This document shows positions 1 through 9,800 of a stretch of 64,000 bases of DNA, piece after piece (position 1 is the first letter of the stretch; every line of letters begins with the position of its first letter). This stretch comes from Patescibacteria group bacterium. GTDB taxonomy: Bacteria; Patescibacteriota; Patescibacteriia; JACRDY01. The stretch is from the NCBI GenBank assembly GCA_041653535.1, contig JBAZFH010000003.1, positions 2,771 to 66,770 on the forward strand, in the 5' to 3' direction. The notes beneath the pieces are model-generated. The model was not told the origin of the DNA. It saw nothing but the letters and a program-made list of their open reading frames with translations, and searched no databases. The position numbers and the translations under genes are program-made.

Positions 1-825
1 TGCGGTGACGATGTTTATTGTTTGCCGCAAGATAGTGAGATTGAAGTTAATATCAAATCAGCCACCCTTTCACCTAATCCGCCAACCGCTGCTTACGACG
101 GCAGTTACGACGGCGTAACCGATTTGGCGGCAAATTCTTTTAACGGCAACGGTTTGGAGGGGGGTGTTTGTGAAATAAAGTCTTGCGTTTTTGTCGCGCC
201 AAAAGTGAACGGTTGTGATTGCACTATCGGACCGGTAGAAGATAATTATTTTTGGTATTTTAAAACTAACAACAAAATCATTCTTGATCCTCCGTATATT
301 ACCAATATCGATCCGGGTATTTTGTTTAGTGACGTTGCCCCGGATAAAAGAGTGTCGGTTGTTTTTCAACGGTTGTTAATGGGTCGTAGTCTTAATTCTT
401 CCAATATTGCCATTGCGACAAATAATAAGGTGACTTTTAACGGTAGTATTTTAAACGAAAATCTGCCGTTTTGGGTTGGCTTTAGTAATTTAGACAACGC
501 TTCTGATTCTGACAGTGTTCCTGATAACCAGAGTCAGGTATTGATTGATCACGATGATTTTTTGGAAAGCAAAATCGGGGAAAGTCGTTATGATTACTCT
601 TTGCATCTTTCCGCTGGGATAAAAGATATTTATCAAAACTGTTATTATCCGGCCGGCGCCAGTACGGAAGTGAGTGGCGGTTGTAATTATCCTTATCAGT
701 CAGCCGATAAAAACACACCTTCTTGCTGTAACGACATTTTGTATAATACGGCTGACGGCGAAAGTGATGAGTGTCCCAAGCCTTTATGGATTGAATGGCC
801 GGCTTCAGCATCGGCAACGCCATAA
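1..825 (+). CDS. 3' portion of a large secreted cysteine-rich surface protein (gene starts upstream of the window)
   Basis: The frame is open from nt 1 (CGDDVYCLPQ...) with no upstream stop, so the track's 'start' at 22 is an artefact. The C-terminal region is rich in Cys/Gly/Asn/Asp, like the downstream giant protein. Stop at 823-825. Confidence 0.5.
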   Translation, partial: CGDDVYCLPQDSEIEVNIKSATLSPNPPTAAYDGSYDGVTDLAANSFNGNGLEGGVCEIKSCVFVAPKVNGCDCTIGPVEDNYFWYFKTNNKIILDPPYITNIDPGILFSDVAPDKRVSVVFQRLLMGRSLNSSNIAIATNNKVTFNGSILNENLPFWVGFSNLDNASDSDSVPDNQSQVLIDHDDFLESKIGESRYDYSLHLSAGIKDIYQNCYYPAGASTEVSGGCNYPYQSADKNTPSCCNDILYNTADGESDECPKPLWIEWPASASATP

Positions 826-851
826 TAGCTGGTAATATAATTTTAATAAAA

Positions 852-3800
852 ATGAAAAAGACAGAAAGGTATAAAAAGATAATATTTACCGCCAGCATCG
901 TTTTGGCGTTGCTAGTGAGTTTGTTTTGGATTAATTCGATCAATGCGGCTAACAGTAATGATTTTGGTTTGAACCAGGTAGGGCAGGTAGTCAATCTTCC
1001 GACAGCTGATATTCGAGTGACGGTAGCCAATATTATCCGTTATGCTTTAGGATTTTTGGGTATTATTGCCGTCGGTATTTGTTTATATGCCGGTTTTTTG
1101 TGGATGACGTCGGCCGGCGAAGCGGAAAAAATAGAAAAAGCAAAAAGAATTTTAATTGAAGGCGTAATCGGTTTGTTGATTATTGTTTTAGCTTTTGCCA
1201 TTGTCAGTTTTGTTGTTTCCAAACTTTTAGAAGCTACCGGTACAGGAACGGAACCGGATAAAACTTGTTCGACGGAAAATTCCGGCGAAGTCAATGGCTG
1301 CTGGGTTTGTCAATCGTCTTCTTGGACTTACGACAGCAGTATCGCTGGTTGCGGTCGGACTGATGATTTTTGGGTTACCGACATTAAACCAAGAGAAAAT
1401 GCCGTTGGACCAAAAGATACTGTCGTTAGAATTTATTTTAATAAACAAGTTAATTTTGATTCTATAGATTTGGACGATGGCGATATCACTATCTCTAAAA
1501 TCGGCGAAATTGATCCAACGACCAAGGAAGTGACCACTACTTATTCTTCGCCACTAGCGGTTGCCGGAACAATACAGTTTAAATCCGGTGATAAAACAGT
1601 GGTGGAATTTCGTCCTAACGATTTGTGTGACGCTGCTTGCAGTGAAACTTCTGATAAAAAATGTAAAAAATGTTTTAGCCCCTGGGGTTTATATCAGGTT
1701 AATGTCAGGCAGGGATCGATTCAAGATGCCATAAAGGGTAAGTCAAACCAATGCGGTGTGGTTATTGATCATTGCACGAGAAAATTCAAAATAAATGATG
1801 TGATGGATGAGGAGTCACCGAAGGTTAGTATTACTTCTCTGGAACCATCACAAGGCAGGTATGTGCCGGAAAATTATGCGGTCGAAGTCAGGATTTCTGC
1901 CAAGGATAATTACGAAATTTCCGATGTTCAACTTTATATAGACGACATGAATACGCCGGTAGCAACGTTAACTAGTGAACCGTATGTTTATACTTGGCAA
2001 ACTCCGGATGGTTTGGGGTTAAAACATACGTTATTGGCTAAAGCAAGTGATACCGACGATAATCCTGCCGGAGTTTCGGCGGAGCGAGAAGCGATTGTTC
2101 GCGCTTGGCATTGTTTTAATAATCAGAAAGACACTTTTTCTTCTTCGCCGGAAAAAAACGAGTTTGAAATTGATTGCGGCGGAACCGAATGCGGTGCTTG
2201 TGTTGGTGCCGATTGCGATGCGGCTGATAAGGATACTACCACTTGTAAAACTCCGACCAACGACGTTTGTTGGACTAATTATTGCGCGCCGGCTGATTGC
2301 AAATGCGAAGGTTGGCCGGAAATTCAGACAGTAGAGCCAGGTAGAGCGCCAAAAGGAAATTTTGTTACTATTAGAGGAAGGTTTTTTGGTAAGACGTCGG
2401 GACAGGTGGTGTTTTTGGGCGGGGCAGGAGAGGCTGATGATAAGATCGGTATTAAGCCGTCGCAGATTAACAACCAGTGCGATGACGAAAGTTGCTGGAC
2501 AGATACTCAGGTGATTGTAGTGTTGCCAGACGGCGCTGTCAGCGGTCCGATAAAAATTATTACCACTGAGAATAAAGAAGATGCTACTAATGATAATCAC
2601 GGTTCTCAGTTGCTTGATTTTGATGTTTGTACCACTAGCAACGGTAATTGTTATGATTATCCCGGAATTTGTAAATTGAACCCGGCGCAAGGAGCGGCGG
2701 ATGCTTTGTTTAAAATTTACGGAATCAACTTTGGTACTACTCAAGGTAGCGCTCTGGTAAAATTCGGTGGCAAATACAGCGCGGTGATTAATTCTTGGGC
2801 AGATACCGGCAAAGAAGCAGAAGCGCGCGTGCCTAATATTCAAAGCGGGCGTCCGACGGTTACTATCGAACGCGGCGATATAAAGAGCAATCCTTTTGAA
2901 TTTTTAGTAAAATCAAGTCCTTTAGCTAATCCGATTATTTCAGATGTGCAGCCAAAAAGCGGTGGTTTTGGTCAATATGTTACTATTACCGGTCAAAATT
3001 TTGGCAGAGCCGGTGTAGTAGAGTTTATAAATAAAAACGATACCAGTAAAAAATTTCCAGCTGATTTAAACTTCCCTCAGCAGTGTCAGGATAAAATTTG
3101 GAATAATAATCAAGTAATAGTAAAAGTGCCAGATACCGGCAGTGCATTACTTGGTGATTATTTTATCGTTATTAGTCGTTCTTCCGACAATGCTTCTTCG
3201 GCAGCAGCTGATTTTATCATTAATACCGATACACCCACTCCGGGAATTTGTTTGCTCAAACCAGATAACGGTCCGGAAGCAACCCCTGTTTATGTTTTCG
3301 GCGACAGCATGGGGTCACAGAACGGCAGTGTTAATTTTTGGCAAGCAACAGTGACCGCGCCGATTATTTCTTGGAGCGAAGTGGTAAAAGTTCAGGTGCC
3401 GAAAAATACTAAAACCGGTCCGGTGGTGTTAGTTAGTGCACAGGGTAAATCCAGTAATCCTTTGAATTTCTCCGTCGGTTCTTGCCGCGCGGATGATGAT
3501 TGTACTGGTAAGCCGACGGCTGGCGAGTGTGACCAAGATCAGGAACTCGGCGTTTCACCAAAGACCAATTGTTGGGTTTGTAATAAAAGTGTTGCCACGG
3601 GGAATTATTATTGGGAATGGAGCGATACATCCTGTGGCGTTATCGACCAGTGTTGTCCTTCAGGCGTTTGTCAAACCAAAGGTACTTGTGTGGGGATCGG
3701 CGTGCTTTCTTCTTACGCTTGGGCTTTTTCTACCGGAGAGATTCCCCGCTATCCGAAAGTAGTTGAAGAATGTAATCGCGATGAAACTTGTCCGGAGGGA

Positions 3801-6800
3801 GCAAATACCCCCAGCCCCAGTCCTTGGACTCCTCGATGGGATATTAATCGCGGTTTTGATCTAGCTTGTCCCAATTCGGTTATTACTGCTCGATTTAATA
3901 TGGATATGAACCCGGATGATCTCGAAGATGTTAATAATTATAATTTTGAAAAATGCGGATATCAGACCGACGTTAATGGCGACGGTAAAGACGATCATGA
4001 TCCGTGTGTTTGCAGTCCAACGGCAAACTGCGCTTGTATTAACGGCGGCAATACCAACTGTAATCAAAAAATTAATATTACGGCTGATAATTTAATTACT
4101 TTCAACGACGGTTTTATTGTTAATTTTGCCGGAGTTGGCTTGCAGCCGGACAGCTGGTATCGCATGGCTTTACGCAAGGGGGATGCTTTGCCGGGCACAA
4201 CCGGTTTTCATTCCGCCACCGCACAAGGAGGATATCAGTTATTGGCGGATTATATCTGGCAGTTTAAAACTCGCGTTGACAGCGCTAAATGTAAAATTGG
4301 CTGCCCGACAGTGGTGCCGGTTTCTTATACTGCTAATCGTTTGGCAAAGCTTTATTTAAACTGGGATAATCCTGCTTTCCCGCGTAATCCGGTCTATCAC
4401 ACTGCCCAGGCTTCGGCGGAAAATAATCCATGTAATTTGATTGATACTTATGACTATCAGTGGTCCTGGAAGGCTACTGAAGCGGACGGTGCGAATACCA
4501 ATAAAGCCGCTTTGTACCAGATACCAAGTAATGGCTGTAGCGATAGTCGCGATAATGACAATGACGGAAAAAAAGATTATAAAGCCGGCTGTACCGTTGA
4601 CAGCGTTGATTGTGATTATAAATGCGTTTCTTCCTATGATCGATCAGAAGAGGCGGGCGAGCAATTAGTTGCTTATTTTGGCAATCTGCGTCATGCCGAA
4701 GCAATCAAGCCTACTGGTGGAAACACTTATTCTTGCGATTGTGATATTGCTCCACAATGTTCGGATAGCCTAGAAAATGACGGTGATAATAAAGTTGATT
4801 ATCCGGCTGATACGGAATGCGATACGCCTGGTGATTATAGTGAATTACTTTCTGGGTTGCAGACTCGCTCCGACGTTATTGTTGTTGCGCAAAAAGGCGT
4901 AATCACAAATTCTTCGGAAGAATGTCAGCTTTATTGTAAGGGTTTATCTAATAATACCTGGTCTTGGTATAAAACCGGTGGTTATCAAATAGCCGGTGAT
5001 CCGGTTTTAATCAGAGCGCAGGAGCTGTCTTCCGGCAAAGAAGGAAGAGCTAATTTGTTTATTAATCTGGAAGACCCTAAGGTTATTGCTAAATGGCCGG
5101 ATTGTTCACAGGCTTGTGTGAATAGTCAGGTTGGTGCTGCTTTTAATGTACCGATGGCAGAAAATACCTTGGTTGATGCTAAAAATGTCATGCTTTTTTC
5201 TTGCGGTGCCGACCTGGAATGTAAGAAAGAAAATATGTCTTCGGTCCCGATTGAAAATATTGATCCGGATTTAAGTATCGATTATCGTTACAGTGAAAGC
5301 GTTGATGACGGTCTTTATAATTCCGAGCTGACTTTTTATCCTCGCAGCACTACCCCGGGTGATTATAACGGCGGAAAACTTTTGCCAAATACTTATTATC
5401 GCGTGATACTCGGCAGTCCCGATAACGATCCGATACAAAACATCGATGGATTAAAATTGATCGGTTTAAATTACGATAATTATGCCGCTGACAATGTTCC
5501 GGATAGTTATAGCTGGATATTTAGCACCAAAAATGACTATAATTTATGTTCAGTTGATCATGTATCGGTTACTCCTAACAAGGCTTTTTTAAGCGCTATA
5601 CCGGCGTATCAATCTTATTTTAGTCAGGCATTTGGTCGGTCTGACGACTGTAGTCCTTTTGGTCAAAAACTAAACAACAGTTTTTATAGTTGGAAATGGG
5701 AGTCGGAAAAACCGACAGTTGCCCAAACCATTGGTTATAGCGTTGGTTGCGGTAATGGTATTATTGACCGCGGCGAAAATTGTGATGACGGGGTTTATCC
5801 TCCGGTTTCCGGCGACGGTTGTTCAAATAAATGTTTACGAGAGGGTAGTAGCTATTCTGTTTTCGGCTTATGTGGTAACGGGGTGGTGGAAAGCTGGGAA
5901 CAATGCGATTACGGGGTAAAAATCGGTAATCCTGCTTGGACGGAAAATAATTGTAATTCAGCGACTTGTCTATTAAATACGACCAGCAGACCGGCGGGTT
6001 CTTGCCGCGATGGCGTAATTCAGTCTTGGGAAAGCTGCGATTACGGTCCATTGATCACCGATTATTATACCGATCAAGAAGATAACCATGTTTATAATAA
6101 TTACGAAGTAAATAGTTGTAATGCCAATACTTGTTTAAATACTGGCAATACAAATCAAGGTTTGGCGGTTTGTGGTAACGGCAGGCTAGAAGGCGGGGAG
6201 GCTTGTGATGTTGTTGATGAACCAAATAATAACAACACAGACGGTTGTGCTGACAATTGTGTCAGTTCCGGTTCTGTTGATGGACGGTCTTTGTGCGGTG
6301 ATGGTCAGGTAGGTACTGGAGAAGAATGTGAATTATGTTGGAATGATGATAAAAGCGTGTTTTCTGTTATTAGAAACGGTAGTTGTTCCGCTAATAGTCT
6401 TTATGGTCATGGTGATATCGATTCCGGCACTCCAAGCTTTGCTGGTAAGACTAAAGATCCGGCGTCGGCTGAAGCCGGATGTCAGCGTGCCGGAGCGGAT
6501 AAGGTTTCTTGTGTAATTTTAAATTCAAGCGGTGGATATAAATACGATAGAAATCGTATTGGCAATTGGTGGAAATCCTCTTGCCAAAACGGTATCGTCG
6601 ACCGCGGTGAAGAATGTGACCTTGGATCGATAGTGGAAAATTATTATGGCGGTCAGAATAATTATGAAGTCAATAATTGCAATCCGACAAATTGTTTATA
6701 TAACGGTAGTAGCGAAGCAACGCCGGATTTATTAAATCGCAAGGCTTATCAGCTAGCACAATCGGTTGGAGAGGGTCGGGCTAATATCACTGCCTTTACT

Positions 6801-9800
6801 GGCGGTGTTTGTACCGGCGATCCTAAATTTACTGCTTGCATTCAGACAAGCGATTGTCCTCTTAATTCCGTCGGTAATAAATACGAGTGTGATTTGTCTG
6901 GGACTAAAAAAGGATCCTCCGATCTGACGGTGGTTTGCGGTTGGACAGATGAAGCTTGTGCTCTAAATAACGCCGGATACGGCGCTGATGCCAGCGGTTG
7001 CTGTCGAACGCGACCGGTAGTTTATTCTTCTTATCCGCATGGAGATAATGTTTGTCGTAATACTTCTATTAGCGTTCTTTTTGACAGCAATCATCCGATG
7101 GATTTTACTACTTTTAATAGTAAAAATATTTCGGTTTCCGTTGATGGTTGTGCCGTGGCGGTAAATAGTGGCGCAAATAGGTGGTGGCATTATTTGGTGA
7201 ATACTTATCAGAGGGTGAAGGATTGGGTGATTGGTGTTTTTAGTCATCAAGCAAATGCTGCGGAAATAAATGAATGTACGGTAAATTATTCCGTGACTGG
7301 AATTGAATATGTCGATAATGGCGTGGGCAGCGATGGTTTGACCCATAGTAAGATGGTAATTAATCTCTCCTCTCCCTTGCCGCCAAATAAAACGATTAAG
7401 GTTAAATTTGCCTCAGCGGTTAAAGACAGTCTGGGTGTGTCCGTTTTGCGCGGAGCAAATGTTTACGAATGGACTTTTAATACCGGAGAGGAAATTTGTA
7501 GTTTAAATTATGTTCGTCTTAGTCCGACCAGCAAATCTTTTACTCAGACCGATGAAGTAGAAAATTTTGTTGCCTCGACATTTAATGCCAACGGACAGGA
7601 AATAGAAATGGTTCCGGGATTTTATTCTTGGAACTGGAGTTGGTCGTTGACACCGGAAATAAATAATACCAGTGCAACTTTAAGCGCGGGAGTAGCTACT
7701 TATTGTTCGGTTACCAATAAGGCTTGTAACCCTGAACACGGTAATGCTGATTGTGTCGACCCGAAATATCCTAGTCAGGTTTGCGGCGCGCCGTATAATT
7801 ATCCTTATGTTAGTCGGGTTACGTCTCAAAAAACTAACGGCGAAGGACAACTGATTGCCACCGCCACCATTACCTCGGATAGTATTATAGATGCCGGAAA
7901 AACTTTTGCCGCTCAGGCAGGAGTGGTGGTGTTTGTTTGTGAAAACCCATGGCCACAGGTTTGTAGCGCGACCATTGCTTCTGGTAATTTACTTGCTTGC
8001 GAAAAAGATGACGATTGTTATACCGAAGTCGGTCATCAATATGTCGGTCCGTGTAAATTCGATGCTGTTAGTAATTTTAGCGATTCGGATAATACCATAG
8101 TTTCGCAATTCAAAAACCCGGAAAATTATACCAATTTCCGTACTTATTATTGTCGTGACGCTGGGTCTGCTGGGTTTGATGACGATTTGCCAGCTTTAGT
8201 GTATCCGCCAATATTTACCCAAACTCCCGTTTTGCCTGCACAAAAAGGATTAATTCGCCACATTCTTTTGCCACGTGATAATTTTCGCCGTGGTGGAGAG
8301 ACCGGTGGATCAAATGATGCTTTGATTATGAGTGTTGAAGCTAACCCGCAGCATATTTCCGCCGCGCAGTGGTTCTCTGACAGGTTTGATGCCAGCGCTA
8401 CTGCGGCTAAAGCAGTGGGCGGTTATTCGGCGGTTAGCAAAGACAGTACATATTATATTAATGCCGCCAATTGGAGCCGTAGTACTAATACGATGTACAC
8501 CAATATTTATATTTTGTCCCAAAGCCAGAATTCTAATGTTAATACTAAAAATATTTTTCAGCAGTTGCTGAATAATATGAAATTTAATGTTAATGTAGAT
8601 GGTCAGGGTGTGGGTACTGATTTGTGCCGTGCTGGAACGGGGCTGGTAACTAAAAAACCTTTTGTTTGCAGCAATAACAAAAAAACCTCCTGTGTCGCTG
8701 ATACTGACTGTGGCGCGGACGGTAAGTGTGAAATTTTAGGTTGGTGTAATAACGACAACAGTAAATCGTGTTCGACCTTAGATGTTGGTAATACCGTTGA
8801 TAATGAATGCGGCGACGAGGCAGTGTTGCCAAAGGCTTTTTGCGATACCAACGCTTTCGCCGAGCCGATTTCTTGTTCCAAAGATTTCGATTGCTATCGT
8901 TGCAAGGATAATACCAATGTCGTTTGCGAACTAGATTCCGATTGTCCGAACGTCTATTCAGGCGCTTGTGCCAAAGACGTCAGTGGTAATGCCGCTTATT
9001 GTGACGCGCCTAGAGCGAAATTGATTCGTAATACGCAACGTTTGGCTGATTTGCATACCATGACCAGTATTTTGAATAATTACTATCAAAAAAATAACAA
9101 ATATCCAACACTTGATGCCGGTTCTTATGTTTCTGGAAGAAGCTATAGTACCTGGCCTTCTTGGCAGGCAACTCTGGGTAACGATCTTGGTAGTGGTTTG
9201 CCCGTTGACCCAATTGATCAGTTTAACGGCTGCTATGACGCTAATTATAACTTTAACCGTCAGACTTGTTGGGATAATAAGGCGTTACTGTTTTCTTGCC
9301 CGCAAAATTCTTATACTTATTTCTATTCCAGTAATAATGGCGGTAATGAGGGTAGGGTTTTGGTGCATCTGGAAAAACCAGAAAACGGTGATATTAATGT
9401 GTATGAATCAGACTACGAAGATCAAGATTATTTTGATGCTGTATCGGATAATTGTAAAAATTTTTCCGGTTATTCGATCAATGATTCCGATCAAGACGGT
9501 GTCCCGGATTTTGGCGATAATTGTCCTTATGAGAAAAACGGATATGTCGGAAGCGATTGTCCGACGAATGCGCCGCAGTGCTGTCCTTTTACCGACAAAA
9601 AGAAATGTTGCGCTTGGTATGGTACTGCCGACGAAGAAAAATATTGCGGTCAGGCAAATACTGATGGCGATAATTTAGGCAATTCTTGTGATTGGATTTG
9701 TCCGGTCGATGGGAATAACGATTCTGATAATGATTTTGTTTGCGGCGGACAAGACAATTGTTGGTCGGTGTATAATCCTTTGCAGGTAGACAGTGATGGT

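Noticed and set aside
795-851. 5' extension of the giant ORF (track start 795, MAGFSIGNAII...) overlapping the stop of the preceding gene
   Set aside because: No start codon context supports it. The extension is in a different frame from, and overlaps, the upstream gene's last 10 codons. The ATG at 852 is followed at once by a classic signal peptide.
2031-2843. 270-aa minus-strand ORF (and many other 60-190-aa antisense or alternate-frame ORFs between 70 and 10136) inside the giant gene
   Set aside because: They are embedded in a 10.5-kb uninterrupted coding frame with a clear domain structure. They have low-complexity or basic composition typical of out-of-frame translation.
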